A stretch of DNA of 64,000 nt from Eremomyces bilateralis CBS 781.70 (lineage: Eukaryota), in NCBI GenBank assembly GCA_010015585.1, contig ML975178.1. One strand, written 5' to 3'. Below the pieces are notes generated by a model. It ran no database searches. It was given only the letters and a program-made list of their open reading frames with translations, and was not told the DNA's origin. Below are positions 37,384 to 50,156 of the stretch, piece after piece (within the stretch, counting starts at the first letter, position 1; every line of letters starts with the position of its first letter). Both the position numbers and the translations under genes were made by a program.

Positions 37384-40007
37384 CTATACAAAATCCCACC
37401 TTGCAAGCCTCCCAAACCTCTCCCCCGCCGTCCGAACAATACACAGTTGTTGCCCCTTCGAACCATCGCCGTGCTGTGCCTCACCATCCGCGGCCGGGCT
37501 GCGGACGAGTTTCCGAAGCAATAGTCCTCCGACTCCAGTACCAAGCCCCTCCGCCAGATTCATATTCCCCGTCGTGACAAAGCCAATGAAGTCCTCCTCA
37601 CCCGGCACCTTCGGATACCGCGGGTCGCCCGGCTTTGGGCCCGTTGGATTTGGAGTGTCACCCTCCACGTAGGAGTATGGACTAGATTGATCTTTGAAGG
37701 GTTTCTGTTTAGTAGCGTTAGTTATATGGTGGGAGGAAACATGATAGATGGGGTAAGTACCATAGGCTTCGGCGCCTTCGCAAGTCCAAGCCATGCCTGA
37801 CGAAGATCCGCGTCCTTGGAAGGGAGACGGTAGACCCTCGCGCAGGGCAATGGGACGCCCTTATTGACCATCGTGAACCGCACAATGGCGATCGCATTTG
37901 TTTGGGTATCAGGGAGTGCTATCGTCTCAGCCGCCACCGCTGATGCCAGTGAAGAATCCACATAGCGATATCTCGCCCCCGTCAACGAGTCTTCCCCCTC
38001 CTGCTCCCCACCTCCCACCAAATACTCCCAATCACACGCCCACCCCTCCCCCAGCTCCCCCCTCCTCCCATACCCCAACTCCAAACTCCCATACTCCGTC
38101 CGCTTCCCCTTCGGTCGCCTTTCCCACTCCCTCCGCCGCTTCTGCCGCTCCAACATCTCCCACGCTCGCCCTGCCTGCGTCCCGGGAAAGTCGCCGGGGA
38201 ACCACGGCTCGTGGCGTTCGAAATGCATCTGGCGCTTTTCGTCCAGGCCGCCGAGGCGGAGGGTGCCGCCCGTGCGGAGCGGGTAGTGCAGGAGGCTACG
38301 CCAGATGGGGGAGACATGGCGCCAGGGGAGGATGAGGGTCCAGGTGGGGCGACCGGAGAAGGTAGGGGAGGAGAGGTACATGATGATCGGGATGGGGTGG
38401 TCGGTTGGGAGGGGTTCGAGGGGGTTTCCGGGCTCGGCGAGGGATTTTCGTCGGTCGATGGCGGATTGGGGGAGGATTGAATTCGACGCAACGCGGCGGG
38501 CTTGTCTGTCGAATAGGTTTGGGGATGGCTGCATTTTGCCGGCGAGCCAGGGGGGTTCCTGACGGGCTGGTTTGTTCTTGCCGTTATCGATTTCTGCGAG
38601 TTGTTTGGGAGGATAAACGAGCCTCGGGTCGTGGATATCGAAGGCAAGAAGCGCGTTGACGGGCACCGGTTCTGGCTTGTTCCTTGCTAACCTGATCAAG
38701 GAGGCCTTGACATCCGTAGATAGTGAACCCTCCTGGTCGGGTCTTAAAGTCCCAATGATCGCCTCTAGCGAGGCCGACCCGGTAACTTCGATGCTGCCGA
38801 TTTCATATCGGACATCTTCGACAGACAGGGAAGGTTTTTGGACCTTGGCAAGACGGACAACTTGCGTCCAAAGTTGGAGGAATGCGGAGGGATGTATTCG
38901 GATGAAGATTTGTCGCTTCTTGTTTGACTTCTCCGCCGTGTCCACGTCCATTCCGGTGGGTGTAGATTGGTGTAGACTCCGCCAAATTATCGTAACGGGT
39001 GCAATCGCTTCTTTGGGATCTGAATCTCGTTCATAAACCCAACCTTGCCAGATACGGGTGCCATGAAGCCATTCGGATGTGCTTCCATTGGGGCTGTTCT
39101 CGGTGTTGCTTTCGTCATCATCAATGGCAACCCCTAACCCCTTCAATAGTCCTTTAATACTCTTCTCGACACCTTCAATGCTGATCGTGCTCATGTAGCT
39201 CATATCCCATGCCACACCCCCTTTCTGCGTCGTAGCACGATGCGTCACCCGATAACATTTCTCCGAAGGCGTCAACGGGATCGCAAACCTCCACAGCGGC
39301 TCCAGCGAAGGCGTCATCCGTGCTCTTTTGGAATGGTATAGATGGGTCGGCAGCCACGTTTTGTTCTTCTGCCGCTTTCGGAATTTGGCTGGGGGTAGAT
39401 CCGGCATCTTCAGCACAAATTTCTTGACGCGTGCTTTTCTTGTCTTAACTGGCGATTCCGCTGGAGGGACAGCCATTTCGGTAGCGCCGAGCTTCGTGAC
39501 TTTGATCTTGCCGCCGGACTCTAATTTGGCCAGCGCCTTCCGTTCTTTCCGAGTCCTAGAGCGGGCGCTGAGCTTCTGGAGTCGCTTGACCGTCTCCAGA
39601 CGCAATCGTTTCTCTCCAGTTAGCTTTCGAGACTTCCGTGTGACCACGGGAGTATTGTCATCGGCCATCTCTCGCTTTGCGCGGGGGCGGAGTTTCTTCG
39701 GGACCCTATTCGGATTATGGCTCGCCGTCCTCCTCCGCATTGTTCGAGGCACCTCCTGGAACGCTCGGGAGCTCAACATCTTCTTCGCGTCTTTCAACCC
39801 ATCTTGCAGAGCCTTGATCTCATATTCCCTTGCTTTTACAAATTTGGCGACGTCAATTTCGCCATTCCCATATGCGCTTCCGGACGTCTGAGTTGATAGT
39901 CGCCGGGCCTCGAGAACCTTTGCTCTTTTCCGCTCCCGGCCTGTTAGGGGTTGGCCTGGTTTCCTCTTCTTGGAGTCTGAGTCTGAGGATTTGGCTTTGG
40001 GGCCCAT
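37384..40007 (-). CDS. POP1: RNase P/MRP protein subunit Pop1
   Basis: RAFQEVPRTMRRRTASHN, WLPTHLYHSKR, PWFPGDFPGT, WERRPKGKR and IGFVTTGN; one intron ~37708-37760. Confidence 0.94.
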
Positions 40008-40920
40008 GGTGAAGGGGTTGAGTAGCACCAAGTCAATTATTGAAGAATTCTCATGGTCGATCTTCTGGTGTGTTTTGCGATTGGAGAAAGGGTGTCGATT
40101 GAATTGTTGCAATGAGTGTGCCCAATAATTGACATTAATGAAACGCGGGTGTTGCCTTGCTCCAATGAAGAATTGCAGGTGGAGCTTGATGCAGTGGAAT
40201 GGACTCCATGGACGTACTGCTACTGGTCAATACAGTACAGGTACAGGTAGTGGAGGCATCAAGGCTGAACTCAAACCGTGGCCACTATGCTCAGGTTTGG
40301 GGGTAGACCTATGTCTTAGTAAGAACTTTAGCCTCGAGCTAATTTACTTTGCTGGCCATTCATAGTTATTGAATTTGGGGGCATGTGTGTAATAAACTTC
40401 TAGCGTATTATTACAACCAATAATTTTACCACAACTGCCCCTTCACTTTCATTTGTCCTCCGTAGTCACTTGTGAAGTCAACAAGTGAAACCAGCAAGTG
40501 AAATCTATATCGATCCTACAAAAGATCTAATAAATCCAGCGGCTAGGCGAACCACACGCAAACAGTTCAGTGATCCATGATTGATAAACAGTTGAACCAA
40601 GCGGGTGGAATGCTACATCTACATCGCACTGGCATACAATTTCAGGCACCAAGGCGTCAACACCTCATTCCCGTGAGCAACGGTTTGTTTTGGTTGCCAA
40701 CTCCCAACAGCCAAACCGACCCCGTCACACTCCACCATTCCTGACCAGTACGTAACATCACTTCCATCCACCGTCTGCTTTGTGCATCCACCCTGGCTCG
40801 GATCTCCTCTTCCTCCTTCATTCATTCGTGCTGCCCAACAGGAGATCTATGTCCTTTCGCCAGAATTTGTGAACATACAAATCCGGCTCACCATACGGTG
40901 GGCGTCACTCAGCCATCGCA

Positions 40921-43029
40921 ATGTCTTCCAACCCACCTGCTGTTGGCGGAGCAGACCGCCCTGATCTCAAACTTCCGATGCCACCCCCTCCGCTCGTATC
41001 GCGGTCGACCAACGAGTTCTATGACTCCCCTTCCACCCCGACCCATGGAAACTTCCTCTCCCCGACTCAAACCCCCCAAGGGAGTCCGAGTAAACATCTC
41101 CAGCCGCCCGGAGCATATGATCTTCCCAACATCTTCGACAATGCCATGAGACTGGTTCCCACCGCTGGCAATGCGGCGAGAGGACCAGGGTCGCCGACGT
41201 CACCGTTGAAGAATGGAGGCAACACGGAGATCCCCTTGCCCGAGAGCCCGACTCGGAAGTCAAACAAGGAAAACAAGGATCCTGGTCGACCTATGGTCAA
41301 GAAGGACCCCAGCTATCTGAGTCAAGCGGCCGCTTCTCGACAGGAGCAGTACCGCGCACGGGACTTGGAGACATCACGACATGCCAACTCGGCACAACGG
41401 GGTCTCACACCAGAGGAATTGGAGAAGCTGAAGAAGCCATCAGTGAAGCGACTGGCGAATGTCACACAGCTCTGTAAGCTTACTGTTGCATGTTGAGAGG
41501 AATTCATACTAACCCCTCTAGACTTCCTCGACTATTATTATGATCTCCTCAGCTACGTCCACGGACGTCAGACTCGATACACCCAGTTCAAAGCTGCCAT
41601 TCCAGCTCCACCAGCAACTGAAGAAGCCGAGTACGATGCGGCATTGACGAAGTACCTGGGACGGGAACGAGCCAATCTTCGCAAGCGCCGCACGCGACTC
41701 CGACATGGCGATTTCCAGATCCTGACCCAAGTGGGTCAAGGCGGATATGGACAGGTGTTCCTTGCGCAAAAGAAAGATACCCGGGAAGTGTGTGCGTTAA
41801 AGGTCATGAGCAAGAAGCTCTTGTTTAAGTTGGACGAAATCAGGCATGTCCTTACGGAGCGAGACATCCTTACCTCGGCGAAGAGCGAGTGGCTGGTGAG
41901 GCTGCTGTACGCCTTCCAGGACGATAGCAGCATCTACCTTGCAATGGTAAGCTTTTCCGATTCCGTTCATTTATAGGAAACGCTAACGATGTTGTAGGAA
42001 TACGTTCCCGGCGGTGACTTTCGAACCCTTCTCAACAACACCGGCGTCCTCCACAACCGCCTTGCCCGCTTCTACGTCTCCGAAATGGTGCAATGCGTCG
42101 ACGCCCTGCACCAACTCGGCTACATCCACCGCGACCTCAAGCCGGAGAACTTCCTGATCGACAGCAGCGGCCACGTCAAACTGACCGACTTCGGCCTCGC
42201 CGCCGGGTTCCTCGCGCCCGCGAAGATCGAGTCCATGCGCATCAAGCTCGAGTCCGTCGGCAACGTCTCCGTCCCCTTTGGCCGGCCCATGGAGGAGCGA
42301 ACCGCCGCGGAACGACGCGAGGGATATCGCTCCTTGCGCGAACGCGATGTCAATTACGCGAAGAGCATCGTGGGATCGCCGGACTACATGGCGCCCGAAG
42401 TCCTACATGGCGAGGAATATGACTTCACGGTGGACTACTGGAGCCTCGGCTGCATGCTCTTTGAGGCGCTGGCGGGGTACCCCCCGTTCGCCGGCTCCAA
42501 CGTCGACGAGACGTGGCACAACCTCAAGCACTGGAAGAAGGTGCTCAAGAAGCCCGTGTACGACGACCCGAACTACTTCCTCAGCCGCCGCACCTGGGAT
42601 CTCATCACGCGGATGGTCGCAGCCAAGACGTCGCGGTTCCGGCAAATCCGGGAGATCCGCACGCACGATTACTTCGCGGAGGTGGACTGGCCGCGACTCA
42701 AGGAGCAGCGGCCGCCGTTCGTGCCGGAGTTGGATTCGGAGACGGATGCGGGGTACTTTGATGATTTCACCAATGAAGCGGACATGGCCAAGTATAAGGA
42801 AGTGCATGACAAACAGTCGGCGTTGGAGACCATGGCCGACCGAGACGAGCAGATGGGGAAGGGCCTCTTCGTTGGCTTCACGTTCAGGTAAGCACTTCAG
42901 CCTGTTTCTGGACTCAAGTACTAATTGTTGTCTAGGCATCGCAAACCTGCTACCGATGAAAATGGCAACGCCGTGAGTCCCAGAAAGCCTCTTCCAAAAC
43001 CCGAAGGCACTTTCGGGACCATTTTCTGA
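40921..43029 (+). CDS. DBF2: NDR-family Ser/Thr kinase of the mitotic exit / septation initiation network (Dbf2/Sid2)
   Basis: GQGGYGQV, HRDLKPEN, DFG, SIVGSPDYMAPE and hydrophobic motif FVGFTFR; three introns. Confidence 0.95.
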
Positions 43030-43425
43030 GCTAAGCATTGGTTAACGCACACACATCGCTATCGACACATAAATGCATACAATTAGTGTCCAGCGAAAGA
43101 TGCTAACCGACGCAAGATGTCCCCATGGAACGAGCTGTTTTGATTGTTTTAAGAGCGAAGCCGACGATAGGAATGGAGCGGAGTCGAGCGCGGGTTGTCA
43201 TTGTATCACTAGCGGATTTGGGTTCATTCTGTTCGGGGTTTCTCAGCGGCGTTTTCATGCCGCATGTATGACTATGATGGTAATGACTGCTCGTTTGGAG
43301 CAGGCGATACTGGGTCCGCAAGCATAACAGGTTCGGCAGCATAAATCAGCAATGCAATGGTTTCAATTGAATATAGCTCCTATTGGATCCTGGTAGATCG
43401 TGAGGTCCTATGTGGAAGTAAGGTC

Positions 43426-44475
43426 CTAATAACCCCCATCTTCATCCTCCACGTCCTCAATCTCTACATGCCGCAACGCCCGCTCTGCAGCCCGTCCCTC
43501 ATCCACGAACCTCCCCTCCGCTTTCCCCACCATCATCCGCGCCACCGCCTCCCCCTCCGCCGCCTCCACCGCCATCTCCGCATCCCCCCCCATCCCCTCT
43601 ACCTCCCTCATCTCCCTCTCAAACCGCTCCTCCTCAGCCTCCAACTCCCCCCTCCTCCCACTCTTATCACCCAACACCACCAACTCCTCCTTTTCCCCCC
43701 TCTTCCCACGCAAATACCCCTCCCTCTCCAATCTCTCCGCCTCCTCCGGCTCCACCAATCGCCCCTCCCCCCTCGCCGCCGCCATCTTCCCTCTCACCGC
43801 CGCCGGCACGAACCGCGTTGCCTCCTTCCGCAAGTCCCGTAGCACCGCCTTCCCCTCATACACCGTCTGCGGCGGCGCCGCGACGACCGGTTTCGCGGGC
43901 AGCGCATGCGTCCCCTGCGGTGCGTCGGGGCCTTTGTCATCAGGAGGTCCGCGCTCGTCCGGACGGCGTCCTGGGCCGCGACGGCGCGGGACCGGCGGCA
44001 TGTTCTCCACGTCCTTCGGCATCGGGATCATCCGCGCCTCTTCGTCCGAGTCGCTACTCTCCGGCTCCAAGCGGTCTCTCCTACCTTCCCAGCGTGGCCG
44101 CCGATCCTCCCACTCGCCCTCCCTCCGCCGCTTCCCTAACACGCCTCCCTCCTCCCTATCCCTCCGCTGATCCCCCTTCCGCTCTCGCGTATCTGTCTTC
44201 CCCTCCTCCTCCTCCTCCTCCCCCCGCTTCTCCCGTGCCCTCCTTATCATCACCACATCCCTTTCCAACTTTGCCAGCTCCTCGCGCTCGCGCGGCTTAA
44301 GGTCGGGCGTATCCTTCAGTTCGGCGATGCGGCGGTCGAGGCGGACGGGGTTCTTGTGGGCGAGGCGCTCCTCGCGGGCGGTGGCTTGTGCGGCCTTGGA
44401 CTTTTTGAGGGCGCGGGACTTTTGGGATTTGAGGTGCGCGGTAGCGGGATTGACGGTTCGTTTGTCTTTGGCCAT
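43426..44475 (-). CDS. WBP11: WW domain-binding protein 11-like splicing factor
   Basis: N-terminal NPATAHLKSQKSRALKKSK...REERLAHKNP, plus IPMP and YEGKAVLRDLRKEATRFVPAAV; intronless. Confidence 0.8.
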   Translation of the reverse strand: MAKDKRTVNPATAHLKSQKSRALKKSKAAQATAREERLAHKNPVRLDRRIAELKDTPDLKPREREELAKLERDVVMIRRAREKRGEEEEEEGKTDTRERKGDQRRDREEGGVLGKRRREGEWEDRRPRWEGRRDRLEPESSDSDEEARMIPMPKDVENMPPVPRRRGPGRRPDERGPPDDKGPDAPQGTHALPAKPVVAAPPQTVYEGKAVLRDLRKEATRFVPAAVRGKMAAARGEGRLVEPEEAERLEREGYLRGKRGEKEELVVLGDKSGRRGELEAEEERFEREMREVEGMGGDAEMAVEAAEGEAVARMMVGKAEGRFVDEGRAAERALRHVEIEDVEDEDGGY

Positions 44476-45182
44476 GGTTGGGAGGCAGAGTATTTAGGGG
44501 GAGGACAGGCGGGAGAAGGTGGTTGGAGATAAGGGATTTTGGTGTCGGTGTCGGCGTTAGTGGAACTTTTTATATAATTGAGGTCTCGATGGCAGAGTTG
44601 CGGAGAGTAATAGTTAGATATTTGAAAAGTAATGTCTGGTAAGAATCTCGTATGTCCAGGCTTGGCCGCTGCTATGCTTGCTGTGATGACGATTGAATGC
44701 CTGAGGCTAGAAAACATTCGTTAAGGCAATAACATCCATGAACCCTGCTTGGACCCTGGCAGAGTTCTGCTTTGTGATTGGACAGAATTGAACCTTTGAT
44801 GTCATTGGATTCGGGTCCCTGAACGTCATGATGATGATAGATTCAGGTCTTTGGAGTATTATTTGCTACAGTATCAATATTATTGTTGTTATAGCGTTGG
44901 TTAGCACCTGAAGCTGCTCATGCTTCATCAGATTCCCGTGAGAAATATATCACAATCACTAGCGAGCATTCAATTCATCACAAATCAAACATGAAGGTAC
45001 GATTCCTATCTAGGACCCGGAAAGATATTCGTCATGCCATTGCACAACTCATGCTTGTTTCCACACGTCTGAGACGTCGTACTGCAAGTCAGGTATGATA
45101 ATACAAAGTAGAAAGCAACGCTGCCAGGTCGTGCAATCTCATCCACGTGGGGAGATTGAGTGGGTGTGGATGTCCGACACAT

Positions 45183-45595
45183 CTATTGCTTCGGGGGATT
45201 GTTTATACCCAGAGCATTCTTTGCGGACTCGACACCCTGGTTGACGGTATCGGTGACGGTCTGCGAGATAGATTGACCCTGGACGGAGTTAGCAATGTCC
45301 CGTCGCCCATAGTCGAATGTGCTGCTTACCTCGCGAGAGGTGTTGTCGGAGCCACCGCGGATGGCATCGCCGGCCTGCTGGGTGTAGCTCTTCTGGTCCT
45401 CAGGCTGGGCTGTTCATAGACCGTCAGTTCTGCAGGTTTGATTGCGGAGATTGGAGTCAACATACCAGTTCCTGCAGCACGGTCGCCGGCACCAGTGACA
45501 GTTTCCTTGGCCTTATCCAAGGTGCTCTTCTGGGAGTCTGGGGTGATCTTCTCGCCGGCCTGGTCGGAGAGGGGCTTACGGAGAGCGTCAGACAT
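45183..45595 (-). CDS. HSP12: Small heat-shock / hydrophilin protein Hsp12 (Hsp9)
   Basis: MSDALRKPLSDQAGEKITPDSQKSTLDKAKETVT and AQPEDQKSYTQQAGD; three exons ending NNPPKQ*. Confidence 0.9.
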
Positions 45596-45756
45596 GATGA
45601 TTTAGTGAAGGTTGAGAGATTGATTGAAAGTAGTTGTGGTTGGTTGAGGACTGAGATTGAAAGATTGAGATGTTTGTTGGTAGGTAGAATAGATTTGAAA
45701 GATTGGAGGGCAGGTTCCATTCCTTTTATGTACGAAACAGTGAAGCAGAAGCCCCG

Positions 45757-45973
45757 TGACGTGATGGTCTTTGGGGTTCGGTGTGACGTCAATGCTTGGG
45801 CAAACACCAGAGTTGGAGGCAAGAATGGGGAATGTTCAGAATTGCATCCGTCACAGTCAATTTCGATGGAGCACCCATGACCACTGACCAGGTTTCAGTT
45901 CAATCGACGGAGTTTGCATCAAATTTAGCGTGCGTGGTGCATGGAATTGGATGTGCTCTAGACTATGACGTCA
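45757..45973. promoter_or_regulatory. Cluster of ATF/CRE motifs in the HSP12 promoter
   Basis: TGACGTGA at 45757-45764, TGACGTCA at 45784-45791 and TGACGTCA at 45966-45973, 160-380 bp upstream of the ATG. Confidence 0.6.
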
Positions 45974-46317
45974 AATATTGATGGTCTTGATAGACTACGC
46001 TATTCACCACCTTAGGTACCGGTAACTATATCTACCCGTACTCAACCGAGGGTTGCCTTTAGATGTGCCTACTGGTAACTACGCAGTTACTATGATAAGT
46101 GGTAAGTACTGGTAGCTGCTACGGAGGACTGGGTCTTCATCCGGAAGTTACGAGTGTCTTCAGTGAGCACGTTGTCGCGTGGGATAGTGCCATTCTCATA
46201 GTTGTCAGATATATCTGACATCGACCGAGGGCTTGGAAAGTTCATAATACGCTTGACAGTCTATTTGCAGATAATACAGCGATGAAATAGGTACATATAC
46301 ACAGATACACGAGCCTC

Positions 46318-47103
46318 TCAAACTTTGTTCCTCATCATCTCCACGAACTGATCCCCTAACCCAACCGCCGCCATCGGATTCCCCCCGCTCACCACTTCCC
46401 GGTCCACCGTCACCCTCCCAATCTTCTCCCCTACCCCCTCCACCATTTTCGCCCCTGCCTCCCTCAGCGCCGTCTCCACCTTCGGAATATCCCCCCCGAG
46501 CACCCGATCCATCACCTTCTCCTCCACGTCGCTCCAGCTCGTGATCTGATACCCCTTATACGCGAACTCCTTCCCCCCCGCCCGCGTGCTCAGGAACGCA
46601 TACGGCCCGTGGCAGATCACCGCCGTAGGCTTCCCCCGCGCGTGGAAATGCCGCAAGATCCGCCCCAGCTCCTCGTCGTCGCCCAAATCCGTCAGCGGCG
46701 CGTGGCCCCCGGGGACAAACACCCCGTCGAACCCCTCCAGCTCCTCGTTGCTGATCTCTCCGAACCGTCGCGGCTTCGCGAACCCATTCTCGCGCTTCAT
46801 GCGGTCGATCAGCTCATTCTCGCGCTGGCGCTCGTAGAAGTTCCCGGCGAACGCGAGGAGTGACTCGCTGTTGGGGTCCGGGATAGGCTCGTAGCCGAGG
46901 GGGGAGGCGAAGGTGACTTCATAGCCGGCGGAGAGGAGGGTTTGGAGGGGTTTGGCGAGTTCGGTGAGGAAGTAGCCAGTGGGTTGGGCGACAGAATTGC
47001 CGGCGGAGGGGCCGGAGGTTTTTTTGAGTGGGAAGGAGCGGGCGTCGCTGAGGATGATGAGGACTTTGCCGGCGGGGGCAGTGGTGAGTGGTTTGGAGGA
47101 CAT
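46318..47103 (-). CDS. DJ-1/PfpI (Hsp31-like) glyoxalase/chaperone
   Basis: TGYFLTELAKP, GVFVPGGHAPLTDL and nucleophile elbow AVICHGP; intronless. Confidence 0.9.
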   Translation of the reverse strand: MSSKPLTTAPAGKVLIILSDARSFPLKKTSGPSAGNSVAQPTGYFLTELAKPLQTLLSAGYEVTFASPLGYEPIPDPNSESLLAFAGNFYERQRENELIDRMKRENGFAKPRRFGEISNEELEGFDGVFVPGGHAPLTDLGDDEELGRILRHFHARGKPTAVICHGPYAFLSTRAGGKEFAYKGYQITSWSDVEEKVMDRVLGGDIPKVETALREAGAKMVEGVGEKIGRVTVDREVVSGGNPMAAVGLGDQFVEMMRNKV

Positions 47104-47860
47104 AATGAGTAGGATAGGACGATTGGATGGGTGGGTATTGTTTAGCTTGATGATGGTGTTGGAATGGGAGGTTTGATCGGATGGACGTAGAAGTTGATAT
47201 ATCTATCCTTTCTTATGTAGCAGTTTCAATCTTATGATACAATGACATGACGGTGACGTTTTCGTTGAGATGATTTGCTGCAACTCATCCTTGCTGCCCT
47301 ACCTTCTCATTCATCGGGTCGCTAGGGAAGACATTCAAGTTCGGAAAGCCGACAATCCCGTTAATTATACCTACCGGTATCGCTTGAATGTGTTTCGGGG
47401 ACGTAATGGACTGAATTCTGCCTGGACCCGCCCTCAGCCTGGCAAAAAGACATGCTACAGGGGAGGTCTCCCCGCACCTTCGGCGCATTGGAAACATTTT
47501 TTCCGAATTGAAAGGATGGAGTACCGGTAGACGTGGTTGAAATCTGAGCTGTAATTAACTGTTGAAGTTTTGCAAACACGAACATGAACAGTGACGTCAA
47601 CTAGACGGAATATTAGTGGGTCCTGCAGGTGCCATGAAGTCTTTTGCTGTCTAAGGCGACAAGGCTCCAATATAATTAGGCTGTCAGGCAGCACTCCACT
47701 TCAAGTTCCAGCCACAGATTACGCCGACGACAGCGAGATAATTAATAAATATTCCAAAAAGGATCATGAACCGCTAAAGAAACTCCAGGTCATCATACGA
47801 CACCGAAACACTCGTCCGAGCACTTCAAAACAAGGAAGGACAGGTAGGAGATTGCTCTCA

Positions 47861-50156
47861 TCACTCCGCCTGACCCCGAACGCCACGCGAACCCGACCTG
47901 CTCCCTCTAGAACCACCTTGACCTCGTCCCCGTCCCTTCTCCCCGCCACCCCCTCTAGATTGTCCCCTCCCCCTTCCCCCCCGTCCCCTCGCTCTATTCT
48001 CTCCCCCCCCCCTCCCTACCGCACCCCCCCTGGCCCTCCTCCCTCCCTCCCTCGGCCTCCTCGCCACTTCAAACGGGATCCTCACCAACGGCCTCTCCAC
48101 CCATTCCACACCCTCCAGCCCTTCCCTCTCCTCCCCCTCCAACCTCCACCCCTGAAACACCCCCATCAACCCTTCCACACCCCCCTCCCCGACCCGCACC
48201 TCCCGCAACTCCGCCACCCACGCTCGCACGTACTCCCCCCGCCCATCGTACTCCACCGCCTGCTTCACCGGATTGAACACCCGCCCCTCCCGCGGATCGT
48301 TGCCCACCCCCGCCACGTACTGCCAGTTGCCCCAGTTGCTCGCCCCGTCGTAGTCCACGAGGCAGCACTCGTACCACTCCGCCCCCAGCCGCCAGTCGAC
48401 CCCGAGGTGCGATGGGGATGAGAGGAAGGACGCACAGTTTTGTCGCGCCCGGTTGGACGTGTAACCCGTCACGGCGAGCTCGCGCATCGAGGCGTCGATG
48501 AGCCCGATGCCCGTCGTGCCCGTGACGAAGCGGTGGAGCACCTGTTGCGTGGACAGAGCGAACGACGGCGCGTTGTTCGCGGAGGCGGGTAGCGTCGTAG
48601 GTTTCGGGGATGTTGACTCGGCTTCCTGTTGTTCAGTGAGGAAGCGCCAGGTCTTGGTGGGGGCGGACTTTGTCGGGGATGTGATGGTGGAGGTCGTCGA
48701 CTCCGAGCCGGCGGTCGTCGGCCGTGCGGACGCGCCGCGAAACCCATCGAGGAGGAATAGCCGCGCGCCGAACTTCTGCGCGCATAGGCGCATGTAGTCG
48801 CGCCAGAGGAGTTCGAACCGCACGCCCGCCGTACCCTCCGACTCCCCCCCGCCAAAGCCTGGCGCGGCCTTCCATTCATCCTCGTCATCGTCCGCCTCCT
48901 TGTCCGAGGACGCCGGGATCTTGCCCTCTTCGAACGCGTGCATCTGCCAGTGAACCCAGCGCGCAGTCAGCGCGCCGATGGCGAGATAGCCGGACAACTT
49001 CGTGCTGAAGTCCTCACCGACAAGGCCATTGCGCGTCTCATGGTAGAGGGTCATGGCGCCGGTGCGGAGCAGGTGCTGGACGCGATGCTGGCCGCGAGTT
49101 TCGCCACCGGAGAGGGGGTGGGCGTTGGTGACTTGTTTGGCGGTATAGGTGGACACCCAGTGTGCTTCGGAGGGGGCGGCGTTGAAGAAATTCAGCGCGG
49201 AATCGAGATCGAGGGGGCGGAGGAGTCGCTCGGTCAGGGTTTCTAGCGTGGTTGGGATCTCGTAAGGGGCGAATTGCGGGGGGATCAATGTGGAGGTGGG
49301 AAAGGGTGGTAGGGAGCCCTTCTGGGGAGCAGCGCGCACTGGCCGTGGTTTCGAGCGGAGCGGCTCGAGGGATTTGCGGAACGTGGTGTAGACGTCCGGG
49401 AGCTCGTTCATGGAGGAATACGGGAGATCGGCACTGAATGCTGTGAGTGTCTGCAGGCAACCGACCCCTGTGCAACGCGGGGGACTTACTCATCGACGAA
49501 GTATTTCTCGTCCCCGAAGAGACGGAATTGCTTCCCCCCATTTTCCAGGACGGCCTTAATCTGCGCTTCATCCTCCTTCTCTTCGGGTAGAGCGTCCGAT
49601 GTCATCCAGACGCCCACAAGTTCGAGTCGACCATCTTCTGTGGACAAAACGCTATCATCCCCTGCAACGAATTAGCATAAGCGAACGGAACGGCCTGAAC
49701 TTCACGGTGAGGTAACATACGCTCGAACTGCTCAATCATGTCGTCCAGGACCTCCGCTAACCGTCCCGCACGGATGACCAGATCACTCCCAAGCTTCTGG
49801 AAGGACTGTTTTAAGTCCCACACCGACTCCGCAGTGAACTTCGCGCGATGGGGCCCCGTCCTCGGGAAGTTTCCCACTTGGCTCCGGGCGGGTGCATAGG
49901 GTTTCCGAGAACCCGTCTCCCTAGTCCTCGCATCCTTGTGTAGGAACCCGCTCACGTCAACCTGCTGCGCCGGGAAGACGTACAAGGGAAGGAGATGGGT
50001 GAAGTCGGGAACGGGCTGGGATGATATGTGCTCCCCGCTATCACGGCCCTCGTATAGCCGTGCGACCTCGTCCAGGACGGGGTTATCCGTGACCCGCAGG
50101 TCACGACGCAGCAGGTAGATGAGCACCTTGGAGACTCCGGAGTTGGGTGATGCCAT
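47861..50156 (-). CDS. Cryptochrome DASH with C-terminal RGG-rich tail
   Basis: RRDLRVTDNP, PDVYTTFRK, STKLSGYLA, FELLWRDY, TGYTSNRARQNCASFL, WRLGAEWYE...DYD and SNWGNWQYVAGVGNDPR; two introns. Confidence 0.93.
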
